Part shown: positions 10,771-27,435 of the stretch, in pieces | Layout: every line of letters starts with the position of its first letter | Position numbering within the stretch: position 1 is the stretch's first letter | Assembly: GCF_009914755.1 (NCBI RefSeq) | Contig: NC_060941.1 | Strand: one strand, 5' to 3' | Length of the DNA: 64,000 nucleotides | DNA from: the human T2T-CHM13v2.0 reference genome, Homo sapiens | Made by a program: the position numbers and the translations under genes | The notes under the pieces: generated by a model | What the model saw: the letters and a program-made list of their open reading frames with translations, nothing else | Databases searched by the model: none | What the model was told of the DNA's origin: nothing

Positions 10771-13100
10771 TGATACATCCCTTTCTTTGCAAGGTGAAGG
10801 CTAAATGTGTGAACAGAAGCTGACCCGTGAAGTTCTGATATCCAATTTTTATTCTAATTATCATAGAACACTTTCAGTCTTACTCTATTTTTCTCAAGTT
10901 TTCTTTTGGTCCCTTCCCTGAACCCACTATTCCTTCAAATTCAACAATGCCCCCTAGGTTTCAAGCTGCTTGGCAACAGACCTTCCAATGCATTATGCAC
11001 TACATGTTCAAAGTGTCATTTTTAAACAAAAAAACTAAAGACCAACTCTGCATTAGAAAGTCGTCACTAATCCCTGTCTTTCATGAAAAAGTCTTCTGAG
11101 GAGATAAAAGAGTGGAAACTAGAAAGTTCCCACAAGGTTCTGAAATTTTCTGACTTCTCAGCATCAATCTATTATGATTCAGACTCTCTCCTAATAATTT
11201 ACAAACTTCAGGTTATAAAGCAAACACAGGCAATATCAATAGAGTTAGTATAATCAGTTTAAACCATAGGGCTCTGTACTTTTTAAAGGGACTATGTGTG
11301 TGATGGTGGGGAGGTGGGGCATGTCCGCTAAGTTTGGTACAACAAATCCCAAGCAAAGACTTTAATAAGAAAGTTTAAATAATGGGATACATTTTTAAAA
11401 ATAAAATATGTGATTTAAAAGCAAAACTAAGGTTGATGGAAACTTTATGAGTTGACTTTAAAAAATGAATTTGTGAATATTCGTCTCTAATTCAAGTTAA
11501 TTTTTAAAAGGAATAAACTGAAATCACAGATAGTTTTCATTATCTTGTCTTAGACTGTTGAAAAAGAAAGATGAATTGCAAAAAGTTAAACAGCAAAGAG
11601 TAAACAAAGAAGAAATTGTTCTCACTTCTTTATGTCATAGTTTATATACAGGGGCATCATGTTCTCTCAGAAACAAAATGACAGTCGATTTTCCTTTATA
11701 TCATTTTTGCATCATATCCCTACTGCCTCCAAACATTAACAGGCTTTATAGGTAGAAGGGACAAAAGACTTGGAAAGAAAACACCGATAAAGTCAAATCA
11801 CCTGTTTATTTTGGTGGAGCTTCTTGTGTCCTCCCTTACAAAAATTCAACAACATTGGAAGAAAAAAGTAATCTTTCATCTGACCATCACAGTGGACCTG
11901 TATCCTGCATTTTATTATCAGCAATTAATTTTAATTATACTTTGAAACCAAAGGCCTCAGCAAACAGGGAGGGAAAAAAAAGTAGGTGGCTAAACTCTTT
12001 AAGTAGGAAATTATCACAGTGTACACAGAGGGAAATCTCTTAAAAATTAACATTTTATGGTGTCAATTGTTACTAGGGTTGGACAGACATAACAAAATAG
12101 GCTGGAAGGTTCCCACAATGTTGGGCCATTAGGTAGTTTCTAAAAGGCAGGTAAAATCTGCTATGTTCCATCACTTAGAAAAGTACAAAAATTATTTTAA
12201 AAAAAATCCGAGGAATACTTGAAAAATGCCTGATCTCAACTCCCACTTCTACCCAAGAACCTGAGGTGTAACCACGAAAGTACAGAGGAATGTCAGTTTC
12301 TTTGATGAAAGCAACACATAGCCAGATGGCTGGGATCCATGTTAAAAATCACATCATGGATTATAAAAACATTGTTTCTAATTCCTGTTGGCTATCATAA
12401 GGGCCTTTGTTAATATATATTAATATTGACATCCCAGGCAACATTCCAGGAAACAGAGAGAAATAGGATGCCTATACTGTGAGAGAAATACTGGATTTGG
12501 CATTATTGTTCTAAGCCTCAAGATAGTTCAATGACAAATGGATGGATAGCAAAATATAACTAAAACAAACTGCCCTCACTAGCAAGTCAGAATTCCAGGT
12601 TTAAGAAGTAAATAAAAAATTAGTACTCATATAATAATTTTAGGATTGACAAAAACAGGGATAGAAATGCTGGAACATTCAGAAAAATGGATAAATGTTA
12701 TATCTCTGGGGTTGAGCATGCTCTGAAATGATCCTCTACAGTCAAGATTCTTAATGTGGTATCTGTGAACACTCTGAAATTATATGCAAATATGCATGTG
12801 TGCTTCCCTGTGCATGCTCATTTTTATGGCAATGAAGAACCACTGCTACATAGTGATAAGAAAAAGAATAACAGGACAAAAATAATTATGACAATTTCCA
12901 AAGAAAAGACGTTGGAAGCCAATGAACAGCCAGCATCATCTCTCATGTAGAACAGTGATTTTCAAACTTTTAAAAATTGATTTCCCCAACTGTAAATTTT
13001 TATTAGACACAACTATCCATTTACTGTGTATACTTACAGATCTTATATATGATACTAATAATTCATTAATATTACAAAAGCTTAATTTATTTCTCATATT

Positions 13101-13428
13101 CAGGTTGAGCATCCCTAATCCAAAAGCCCAAGATTCAAAATGCTCCAAAACCTGAAACTTTTTGAGCACTGATATGGTGCCACAAGTGGAAACTTCTACT
13201 CATAAGTACTTAACACAAACTTTGTTTTATGTACAAAATTATTTAAAATCTTGTATAAAGTTACCTTCAGACTATGCATATAAAGCATATATGAAACATA
13301 AATGGATTTCATGTTTAGACTTGGATCCCATCCCCAAGATATTTCTTTAGGTATATGGAAATATTCCAAAATCTGAAATCCAAAACCCATCTGGTCCCAA
13401 GCATTTGGGATAAGGGATACTCAACCTG
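13101..13428. mobile_element. Tigger4/Zombi-family (MER46-like) non-autonomous Tc1-mariner element
   Basis: Terminal inverted repeats caggttgagcatccct ... agggatactcaacctg followed by TA; internal aaaatgctccaaaa and aaaatctgaaatccaaaac. Confidence 0.85.
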
Positions 13429-13479
13429 TATATACATATATGCTAATATTTTCCTCCCATCGCCTATGGATCATCCAGT

Positions 13480-14140
13480 ATACCTCACCCTAGTCTCTCC
13501 CCTCTTCCACTCCTATCCCCCTTAAAATCAATTCTACAAAGAATAGTTAGAGAATTCTTTTAGAAATGTAAGTTATATTATGCCAGTCTGTTGCTTAAAA
13601 CTCACTAGTTGCTTCCCATGATATGCAAAATAAAATCCAAATATCTTACTATGGCTTCAGTGACTTAGTCCTTTCTGTCTCTTCAATCTCATTTCCTAAC
13701 ACTCTGTCTCACTCTAGCCACACAGGTGTGGCTCTAGCCACATAAGTTTCTTGATTATTCCCTGAAGACACTCAAAGATGGGTTCTACCTCAGAGCCTTT
13801 GCATCTGCTATTCCCTGTGTCTGGAATGCTCGTCCCTTAGATCAACCCATGGCTTGATCTCTCATTTCATTCAGTTTTCTGCTCAGAGGCCTCCTCTGAT
13901 CACCCTGTTCTCAAAGAGATCTACTGTCACCCTTTTTAGTCATTCTCTCTCTGCCTTTCAGTCTTTTTTGTTGTGTTTAGTTTCAGACCATTTACCATGG
14001 CTTGACATTATATAACATATCGGCCCCAGTAAAATATGAGCTCTATGTGGCTAAGGGTTTTGTCAACTTCGTCTCTGTGTCCCCAGTACTAGTCTAAGGT
14101 CGTGCACATAGTAGGTCCTCAATGATAAATGAATAGATGA
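13480..14140 (+). mobile_element. L2 3' end
   Basis: gcctttgcatctgctattccctgtgtctggaatgctc ... gcacatagtaggtcctcaatgataaatgaat. Confidence 0.75.
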
Positions 14141-16026
14141 AGAATAGTCAAAGCAATTGGCAGACATTCCACCTAATGTTCATTTGAATATGAACCTCAA
14201 AAGAATGTTCACATGACAGAGACCACCACGCTAAGATGAGCTATTGATCAGACTGCTAAAAATCAGCTCTCTCTTTCCCCAACTTGCATAACACTGAAAC
14301 CATATCTGCCTTATGGTATCTATCACTATTTCTTTTATACCATTCTTATTTCATACAGATCTTATCTCCCCTAGTAGCCTTTGTGGAAAAAAATCCCAAT
14401 CTGATCCTTCATCTTCTCCCTTATCACATCCAACATGTGGCAGGTATCCAGCCCCTGGATCATGGGCAGGGCTGACAGTCACATCCTGGCCATGACAATC
14501 TGAGGCCCAGATGCTCATGCAGGAGCGAAAAGTGCCAGCCTCTCCGAGCCATACTGAATGATGATCCTTGACTCTATGCTCAGACGGATGTTCATGGGCA
14601 TTCATCTGTTGACAAGGCTGAATGAAGAGAAGGGACTCCCAATGGAAATAAACCTATGAAAAATCACCAATCCCTTGTATGATAATTGAGGAAAAAAAGT
14701 ATCTCAATGTTGATATAAAAAAGACGAACATAAAATAAAGACTAAACTTAAATGATGATCAGTTGACCTTCATTTCTTTTTTAGGGGTCAATTCCCAAAC
14801 AGAAGTAGAACTATCACAAACATGGCATTAAACGTTTTAAAAATTGAATTAAATTAAGAAATCAAGTTATGTAATAGGAACAATTTTAAAGATGAAGAAA
14901 TGAAAGTGCTCAAAGGTTTGGACTAGCAAAGCATAATTCTATACTTAGACCAGTAAGCTGGTCATATAAAATGTTCATAAAAATTTCCTTTTGAAATAAA
15001 TATACTTGGATATGAATAATTTTCATGTACCAAAAGTTAAATAAAACTTGAAAACAAATGATAATAGGCAAGTTGCTTAACATTTCTACATCTTAGTATC
15101 TTTATCTGTAAACAAAAGGAACTGAAGTAACTTCAGGTCACTTCGAGGTCTGAAATAATTCAAATAAGAATCTAGTTGAGTTTTTCAGGATGGATATGTG
15201 TTTTATGCTTATCAATGGCTGAAACTAGAACAAATATTAAACTCTCATGAGACATTAAGTTAGAAGGCATCATACAAAAATCAGCAAAAACAGAGAAGCA
15301 ATCAAAGGGTAGAGGTAGAAACTGAAGTACTTCAAGAATAAAATAAAATGGAGTTAAATCAAGAAAAAAATGCAATCAACAGGTATGAGAGAAAAATAAT
15401 GCAAAACAGAAGTATCAATAAAATGAAAAGATTTAGAAAGTGTAATACTGTAAAAAGACTTAATGACACCAGAAAAGCGCAAATAAACTTTCATTATGAC
15501 ACATGAACAATACCACTGATTTTTAGATTTCATGTAAAGCACCATAATTCATAAGCCCATAAGCCCCTAGGAAGACATTCATATTTCTACATTCTTTTGC
15601 AAGAATTGCCATGTTGAAACAGACCACTGGTCCATCCCTTTTGCCATGCTGCCCTGACAGCAAACAGATGTTTCAGAGAAAAGCTCTACTCTCACCAACC
15701 CAAATTCAATAATACACCTAATGGTGCAATACTATATCAAGAACATCATTTCTTTTTGACCTCAGAGGGCAATTATCTTATACCCAAAGCAGGAGGCTGG
15801 CTCACTTTGATTTCACGCTGGGTGGCCCACTTAAGAGGTCCCACTTATAATTACATCAAGACTGATATTTTCATTCACTTGGCTTTTCTGACACACTAAG
15901 CTACTTACACAATTTGCTGTCATCACCGTCACAATTAGGCTCTCATGTGTTTGGAATAATGTAGGGATAATACAAATGGTTGTATTTGTATTTGTAACTG
16001 TCCTTTTAAAAATCTTTGCTTTCTGT

Positions 16027-16316
16027 GACTGGGCATGGTGGCTCACATCTGTAATTCCAGCACTTTGGGAGGCCACGGCAGGAAGACTGCTTGAGGCCAG
16101 GAGTTCAAGACCAGCCTGGGCAACATAGTGAGACTTCATTTCTACAAAAAAAATTAAAAATTAGCCAGGCATGGCATGTGCCTATAGTCCCAGCTAGTCT
16201 GGAGGCTGAGGTGGGAGGATCGCTTGGAGCATGGGAGGTTGAGGCTGCAGTGAGTCATGATTGCACCACTGTTTAGCCTGGGCAAGACAGAGCAAGACCT
16301 TGCTTCAGGGAAAAAC
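16027..16316 (+). mobile_element. AluJ
   Basis: Dimeric Alu with J-type gaggctgcagtgag; tttgctttct repeated on both flanks. Confidence 0.92.
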
Positions 16317-16792
16317 AATATTTGCTTTCTTAAAAATTAATATTTCTATTATTAGCTTCAGTTTATTCAAAGGCTCGAGAATTCCCAACTTAATGTAAAT
16401 AACCTTCTTGAAGTGGAAACAAAAAGGAGAAATGAACCTTTAAAGAAGTACACATAACAGTAAGAATAACTTTTGAATACATGAGGTTTTGGGCTTTATG
16501 AGGATGGTTTTCTGAGAGAGTGAACAAAACAGAAGAAATAGACTGGAATGGCAAAAGGAATTGATCAGGAGTATGAAACTGGAGCTGGATCTCAGTTGTT
16601 TCTAGTCCCCTACAGATTTAAAGGTACATTGCAGAAGCACTTCAGCCATAAATCCCAAGGTCTTCTCATCTCCAGAGGAATCCTTTTTGGGACAATCTTC
16701 ACCTGCCACACCCTTTCTATAGTCCTGGAGTAGACAATTTAATTAGAGCCTCTAGCATGACATTTAAATTAATGTAAAAGAATAGGGATTGG

Positions 16793-16846
16793 GACCAGCC
16801 TGGGCAACACAGAGAACCCTGTCTCTAGTTTTAAAAAGAAAGAAAG
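16793..16846 (+). mobile_element. Short Alu left-arm fragment
   Basis: gaccagcctgggcaacacagagaaccctgtctcta followed by an A-rich tract. Confidence 0.7.
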
Positions 16847-16899
16847 AATTGGAGAAGACTTTTTCAACTGGGAACATAATGACAAACTTGGAGAAATCA

Positions 16900-17379
<480 letters not shown>

Positions 17380-18075
17380 CTAAAATATCCCTTATGTGAT
17401 AACCAATATGATAACCATCTATTAAATGGACAAATAATCTCATAGTCTTTTAGTAATCCAAAGGTTAAAAAAACCCTGAAAACAAAATTACCAGGATATT
17501 TCATGAGGCAAGAGATCCAAAGGCATGCAAGATAACCCAGGAATAAAAATGAAGCTAAAAGGAAAAAAGGATGAGTTTCCTATTGATGATATCTATTATT
17601 ACCAAGAAACAGTCTCTCATGAACCACAAATAACAGAGTAACAATTCAAGAACATGTCATCAGGAAAAACTCAGCCTTAAGTATTAATTAAGTGATCTTA
17701 TTGGTTCTCTGTACACCTTAAAAAGCCCCTAAGTCTATTCTGAGAGGTATAATAAATCAGTAATATTATCTTAAGATTAAACTGATACTTCTAGACAAGG
17801 ATGTCTTTCAAAAGTAAATTTTTTCTTTACTCTCCTGGAAATAAGTTGCTATAAAAACCTATAACATAGTAGAAACTCATAGTGCCCAGCACACTTATAA
17901 ATGTTAAATAAAAGTAAATTATTTGGCCTGAACTTTATAACTCCTAAAAATACTAATGGTTACTGCAATATAAAAAAGAAAGTAAGTTTCTCTTAAAAAT
18001 CTTACTAAGGCAAAGAAAACGCAATCAGAGAGAAAAAAATCATACAAGTTTTTATCAAAAGAGAGAGGATTTCTT

Positions 18076-18195
18076 GGCTGGGTGTGGTGGCTCACACCTG
18101 TAATTCCAATGCTTTGGGAGCCGAGGCAGAAGGATTGCTTGAGCCTAGGAGTTTGAGACCAGCCTGGGCAGCACAGTGAGATCCCATCTCTACCT
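18076..18195 (+). mobile_element. FLAM / Alu left monomer
   Basis: ggctgggtgtggtggctcac...gagaccagcctgggc...cccatctctac, no right arm. Confidence 0.85.
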
Positions 18196-18760
18196 CCACC
18201 AATTTTTTTTTTTAAAGAAAAAGCATTTCTTACTATCAGTAATAGTGGTAATTAAAAGAACAATAATGAATAAAATTCCTAGATACTTCAAAACTCTCAT
18301 TTAACTGTTATGCTGGGCAAGGAGCAGCAGAAGGCTGTGATTATTGAATACATTACACGTCAAATTCTTTCTGTTTCTGGTGGAAATCTATGCTTCCAGG
18401 CCTAGGCCAGCCAAGCCAATGACAGGCATCCAGATAATGAGCACCCTTAGCATGTGAGGTCCCAGAATTTCTCCAACATTTTTTAGAGGATGTGATACTA
18501 ATCAGTAACATGGCTAGCAGTCTCCAACAGAATGGAGAGAAACAAGCAACACTCAGCTAACCAAGAATCTCACTGGAGTATAGAAGGAACTACCCATTTG
18601 TATATGTTTTCTAATTACCCAAAAGCAAAGAATGACCCCTCAAGAAATCATTTGGGCCAATTCCCTACCTCTCTAGATATAAATATGTAACTTGTTCAAG
18701 ATAGAGAGATAGTTAGCCACCCTATTTTAAAAGATTTTCAGGAACAATATTCCACAATGA

Positions 18761-19120
<360 letters not shown>

Positions 19121-19229
19121 TGTTTCATTATTTTTAAAGGTTAAATGGTCTCTCCAGTCCATCTCTCCATTGAAAGGTCCACTGACATTGAAAGGTCCTC
19201 AGCACTGCTCACCAACACCATGGCAAGCA

Positions 19230-19770
19230 TCTCCTAATCTTCTCTCTAATCACCCTTTCCTCCCAAAATATGAACCTGACTAAGTCAATCTGTGATTTTT
19301 TAAAAAATACTTCACAGCTGCCTATCACCTTCAAAATAAAGGTTGAACATAATCTTCACAATCCATACCCAAATTATTTTTCCAGTTTTATCTTCTCCTG
19401 TTCCTACCTGTGCAGCCTATGGTCTAGCCATAGCCTACTACTGAATTCTACCCAAGAAACCCCTTTGAATGTCTCCTTTCATATCTTTGCTTATAGTTCA
19501 TTATCTGCCTGGCATTATCTTTCCTTATTTTTAACTGCTGACTGTACTTCAAAGCCTACTACCAACTTAAAGTTTTTGTAGAATTTCCCATTCAAGATGG
19601 ATTTTACATTACTTTGTTCTCTTGCTACATTATAAAATTAGCATATTCTACCTTCATTACTTTTGCACATAAATCTATTTATAAGCCACCAGAGGGCAGG
19701 GATAGTCTTGCTCTCCTCTTTATTTCTTAGCACAGAGCTTGCACAGGAAGAGACTGAAATGTTTGCTGAA
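19230..19770 (+). mobile_element. Degraded L2 3' region
   Basis: ctatcaccttcaaaataaa, tttgcttatagttcattatctgcctggca, gagggcagggatagtcttg...gcacagagcttgcacagga...tgtttgctgaattg. Confidence 0.6.
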
Positions 19771-20014
19771 TTGTATTCTGCATATTTGTGTATGCATATA
19801 TATTTAGACCCATTTCATTTGATATGTGGTTCATTTGGGGGTGGGAAAATTACTAGAATCTACAATAAAGGGAAGTTCATTGACAGTTACACTCAAGGTA
19901 TAACGGAAAGAGTGGGCTGGATATTTATGTTCTTCTAGCTTTGCTACTTATTGATTGTTGCCATGGGTAAGACATAATATCTCTGAGCAAGTGGCTGCTG
20001 TATCTATAGGCGGC

Positions 20015-20610
<596 letters not shown>

Positions 20611-21499
20611 AACTTGGAAGAGGGAAATAGTTAAGTTTTCAGACAACAGTAAAAAAAAAAAAAGCAAGAGAAAAAGAAGCCAAGTTAATGTGGACAAATT
20701 GCAGTAAAACCTCAGAAGAGTGTATCAATCACCAGAAAGAGAAATGGCAGATGAGCTCCAGCATAGCTAATGTATTTTTAGTACTGGGAAAATATACAAG
20801 AAATTTTATTCACAGAGTCCAAATTATATTTAATGGATTATGGAAACTCAACAATTAAAACCAAATAAAAATTTCTCACTTAGATCATTAGAAAGTTATC
20901 CTTGAAAATGTTAGTTAAATGGGCTGCCCTGGGCAAACAGGGCACAAAATCCAAGGCATTATGATAGAAAGCATTGTGACCTTTAGCTTTAAATTTAGTT
21001 ATTTTCAAATTTATTTAACAAGTATTTACTAGTAATAATATGCATTATACTAAGAATAAATGCATTTGTTGAGCATTTCTATGTGAAAAGTACCATGCCA
21101 GATCCTAGAGGCTGGAAGAGTGAGAACACAAAGTTGAATCAGACATTAGCATTACCTTCAAAAAAGAACATAACGAAGAGGGAGATACATAGGAAGGCCT
21201 GGACAAAAAAGAGGGACAAGAGGAACGATGCTGAGTGGGGTCAGGTTCCAAATAGGCCACAGTGTTGAGGCTGGCTACTGTTCCTAACACTGCTCCAGGG
21301 ACAGATCAGGGAGTCTTCCCAGGTCTGGTTGGCATATTCTAAGGGACACTCTGACCTTTACAAACACATGCTGCTGTTTTGCTGTTTGCTCCTCACACAT
21401 TCTCATGTTATTGTGGATTCTCATGTATTCTGAGCTGTTAACACTCAACACTTATTTAATGTCACAACTTCTAGCATGCTTATTTGAAAAAACAAAAAC

Positions 21500-22330
21500 A
21501 ACCAATGACCTTTCATTTTAAAAAGTAACATGTTCAAACAGCAAACTTAGAAAATATAGAAAAGCACAAAGGGGAAAAAAAAGCAACCCATAATCTTATA
21601 ACACAGAAAAACCCACTGGTAACATTTTGGTATATGTCCTTTCCATATGTTTTGTATCCTGCCTTTTCCCTTTAATATATCATGAACATTTTCCTATGAT
21701 AATATGACTCTTCTACTGACAACATGATTTTTAATGGCTGCACTGCATTCCATCACATGGATGTACTATAATTTATTAAACCAATCCCATGTAATTAGAC
21801 ATTTAGGTTGTTTCTAATTACTTGATGTTCCAGGAACTATATTATTTCCAAGCTTTCTGAAAAGTAACTTTCATTGCTTATTTTTAATTATAAAAATTAT
21901 ACATGTTTTGGTGAAGAGAATTATAGTCTTTTTTCTTTGCACACATATACATAAGCTTCAAAAAGTGGGAGCTCACTGTATGTACTGTCTTATAACCTAA
22001 TTTTTTCACTTAACAATTAACATCTTTCCATAGTCATTATATAAATATTATTCTACAAACACCACTTTTAGTGGTTGCACATATTCTGTTGCATGGTAGT
22101 AGCTCAGGTATTTCTCCTGTTTCCAATTTTTGTAAACATCTACAATGAACATTATTAAATGTTATTGTGTATACTTATTTTCTTGAATTACATTCCTAAA
22201 AGTTGAACTGGTAAGTCCAAAGGGCATTTACATTTAAGGTTTTTGTTACATTTTGCCCAATTTCGACTATACCAAACTATTTACCCACCTGCAGCGTGTG
22301 GTCACTCCCTATACTTTTACCAAACAGTGA
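21500..22330 (-). mobile_element. Old L1 (L1ME-like) 3' fragments
   Basis: ttttaatggctgcactgcattccatc...atttattaaaccaatccc...gacatttaggttgtttc; ttcctaaaagttgaactggtaagtccaaaggg. Confidence 0.6.
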
Positions 22331-22410
22331 GTATTTTCACCTACTGCCACCCAACCATGGTCAGCCTGATACATTTCTATTGCTCTTTTAAGACATAATT
22401 AAATATCATT

Positions 22411-22995
<585 letters not shown>

Positions 22996-24319
22996 AGGTG
23001 CAGATTAGTGTCAGAACTCCCTGTTTTCCTAAAGAAAATGCTCCAAGCTGGTTTATGGATTTCAATTTCTTTTAAAAAATTTTAGATTTTCAAGATTTAT
23101 TTAATAAAGTATCTAATGTCAGACAGTTAGTTTATACTTATTTTCTTTTGGATTTCAATTCTAGATATAATGTGCTGTACAAGAATCCATAGGTGTTAAA
23201 TAAAAATAGGAAGTGTCCGGGATTACCAAAGTACAATCTAGAGAGAAGCATTCATTAGTAGAGTAATCTTTATGGAAGGGAAAACAATGTATATCTTTCC
23301 AGACTTTGACCTTCTTCTATTTCAGAATCCATGACAAAAGTGCTCTACCAGATATTTACAAGCAAAAGTCTTCATACTATAAGTAGCTTTCATTTTAAAG
23401 GGAAAACTGTTCATTAATTCACACAAACACACTTTGTATTGTCAAAAATGTACACACACATCATCATCATTATCTTTGTGTGCAAACAACGTAAATCTAC
23501 AAGTTATAACCAAGTAGAATATAGGGAAATTTAAAAATAGTTATGTTATATTAATGTTATAACACTTTGTAATCCTTCCAGGGGTGTAAAGCATAAATAA
23601 TTTGACCTTTATTATAAACAATCTGGTAATGAACATCCTTGTACATACATCCTGCTCTTTGCCAGAACTGTCTCCATAAATGGGGGAAATGCATTTGTTT
23701 GTTTTAGTATGGGCCAGACTAATTAAAACTTCTGTCAAAATCTTCCTGCCTCATATTATTCTTAAAATCATGATAAGTTCATTTGTTTCAAAGCTACAGA
23801 AATAGAGATGATAAAAACAAAAGAAACTATAGAGCTTGTGGGAAGCTCTATAGGTCAAATGGCTCAGGCGCCTCAATCTTCTGGTGCTTCAGAATTGATT
23901 GGAAATAGCATGTACAAGGTTGTCTGTCATTGGAACACTTTTTTCTGCAAACTCAGCATCCCTGTAAGTGAAGAAGTGATTTCGTTTTGAATGGCTTATC
24001 TAGATCAAATTCAAACACTTGGACATTATAGCTCACCTTATAAGTGCTTTCCTTTTATGTTTGAAAACTGTCTTAAATGTTTGTTTTTATTCCTAGGTTG
24101 ATTGTGGATCAGAATTCAGAGCAGGACATTAATACATATCTAATAATCCCCCCACTGGTTTTTCTAGATTATTCCCCATTCTGATGACCACAGAACTTTA
24201 AACTTGAGTATTATCAAGATTTACAGAATACTGGGAATTTATTATAAAGCTCTCCAATCTAAAATGCTTTCTTCCTAAAGAGCCATTTTAAGTGTCGACC
24301 ACAAGGTGTGTGACAAGAA

Positions 24320-24632
24320 ATTTCTTTCTTTCTTTTTTTTTTTTTTTTTTTTGAGATGGAGTCTTGCTATGTCCCCCAGGCTGGAGTGCAGTGGCGTGAC
24401 CTTGGCTCACTGCAACCTCTGTCTCCCACTTCAAGTGATTCTCATGCCTCAGCCTCCCAAGTAGCTGGGACTATAGGCGTGCGCCACCATGCCTTGCTAA
24501 TTTTTGTATTTTTAGTAGAGACGGGGTTTTGCCATGTTGGCCAGGCTGGTCTCAAACTCCTGATATCAGGTGATCTGTCCGCCTCGGCCTCCCAAAGTAC
24601 TGGGATTACAGGCGTGAGCCACCGTGCCCAGC
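24320..24632 (-). mobile_element. AluS
   Basis: Poly(T) followed by a full reverse Alu dimer. Confidence 0.92.
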
Positions 24633-25095
24633 ATAATAAGAAAATTGCATAGGCAAAAGGTTTATGGTCATTCAGAAGGGACACTAGGATCAACACACTA
24701 AAGAGCAACAACTGCTATTTATTTTTAAAAATTTTAAATATGTATTTTCCAAAGTGATCACTGAATATTAAGCTAATGGAACATTCTGTCAGTTTCGCTA
24801 CAGAAAGGTATAAAGTTCGAGACTAAGTGATAGAGCAGAAAATAAATCACGGTTTTCAGACCAGGGTTCCAATACATCTGCACTTTAATTTCTCTTTTCT
24901 TTTGAAAAAATTCTTGCCCATGTAAGACATTTTATTATGTTTTTAAAATCTCTTTTAATCTACATGTTGCCCTTCATCCCTTTCTTTTCCTTATAATTTA
25001 TCCATTTAAGTACAGGAATATTTGACTCTGGAGTTTCCCACTGTCTGCATTTTGCTAATTGCCTACTAGGAAGGCAATTCAACATGTTATTCTAA

Positions 25096-25373
<278 letters not shown>

Positions 25374-25529
25374 CGTGCCTCTGTTTCTTAATCAGAAAAA
25401 TGGATACTCATGCACGAAAGTGTTACAGCTCACTGCGATGTCCATAATTATCACCACAAAGAGTTGAATACTGAGAAACAACAATGGCAAGAGTGAGATC
25501 AGAGAACCCATACTCTGCAACTGTCTGGC

Positions 25530-25730
25530 TTTCATCTGGGTTCCATCTCTGCTACATGTGAGATGTGTGATCCCAGATGAATCTCATGCTCGGTTTCCTC
25601 ACCTATCAAACAAGGATACTACTCGCCTCATGAGACTGCTGTGAGGGTTAAATGTGGTGATGCATTTGAACAAGGTTTTTAAAGTGTAAAGTGCTATAAA
25701 GTGTACAAATTCGTGACAGCATTACTTATT
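25530..25730 (+). mobile_element. MIR
   Basis: gggttcc...ctcggtttcctcacctatcaaacaagg...gtgagggttaaatg. Confidence 0.65.
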
Positions 25731-26384
25731 ATCAGGGGCTTAAATACTTTTATAATGAAAAAATATTTTAATGTGTTGGAAAAATCTATCTCTTGAGAAA
25801 GATTAGATATGACACTGACTTGAAACAAGAGGGCCTATATGACTTAATGAATACTTGTGAAGGAATAAATGATACCCCCGTACTGAGGAAACTTACAGCC
25901 TTATGACCCAGGAGCTCTGTGATTTCTATAGGATGATAGCAGTGTAAGTTTCTGTCCTACACAAACATCTCAGTACCATTTAAACAACTTACTCCAAAGC
26001 CACCAATCAAAATGTCAAGTAATGATTTACAGTGGGTGAATACTGAAAAAAAAAAGTGCTGATTTTTATTTACCTTTCAATCTGTGCAAATCCATTAACT
26101 ATGGATGCTAATGCTCTTCTTCAAAGCACTTTGCCAGGTCACTTCCTTTCTTCCACTCCACATCCTGTTTTCTCTGGGCTTCTCACATAAATTTATTTGA
26201 GGGCTCTCCTGCCTACTCACCTACCTTGCCCCTCTGACCTTCTCCTCAACCAGCCTATATCTGAGCCTTCCTTTCTACTTTCCCTCGCCCACCAAACTTC
26301 CATTCCATCTGTTTTTAAAGAAATTTCTGAAATACTATTTTCAGGTACTCTTGACTATTTAGTTTGGAAGTCATTTTTCTAGAG

Positions 26385-26590
26385 CTGTGGTCTTCAATTT
26401 GGTAGCCACTTGCTACATATGGCTATTTAAGGGTATATTTAAATTAACTAAAAAATTACATTTTAAATAGTTTCTTAGTCTTCCAGCCACATTTCAAGTG
26501 CTCAATAGTTACAAATGTTAGTGACTGCTCTACTAGAAAATGCAAATATTATAGACCATTTGCATCACTACAGAAAGTTCTATTGGACAG
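26385..26590. mobile_element. MER3 (hAT-Charlie MITE)
   Basis: ggtagccacttgctacatatggctatttaa...cagccacatttcaagtgctcaatag...cagaaagttctattggacag; flanks ttctagag / tgctagag. Confidence 0.8.
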
Positions 26591-26861
26591 TGCTAGAGCC
26601 CCCTTTTCTCTACAATAGTGGAAGACAATGTGGTGTAGTGGGAAAGGTATGAATTTTGAAATTAGATGCCCTTTGTCTTTTTTAATACTGGACTTAAAAG
26701 ATAACTATAAGAAATTATATAAGTGCCTAGCACAATGCCTGCCAGAGTAGGTGCTCAATTCATGGTAGCCATTATTAATGTGCTACTGCTTTTTAAAGTA
26801 ACTCCGGAGTCTCTGTTTTCCTTTTACCAGGGCACACAAAAATCTGGAGGAGTAACAATCA

Positions 26862-27435
<574 letters not shown>

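Noticed and set aside
14558-14621. ATGATGA ... CTGA resembling a C/D box snoRNA
   Set aside because: No terminal stem, no clear C'/D' boxes and no recognisable rRNA guide; such box pairs occur by chance.
15135-15151. DR5-like AGGTCA-cttcg-AGGTCT
   Set aside because: Isolated, mismatched at a key position and within a probable MIR remnant.
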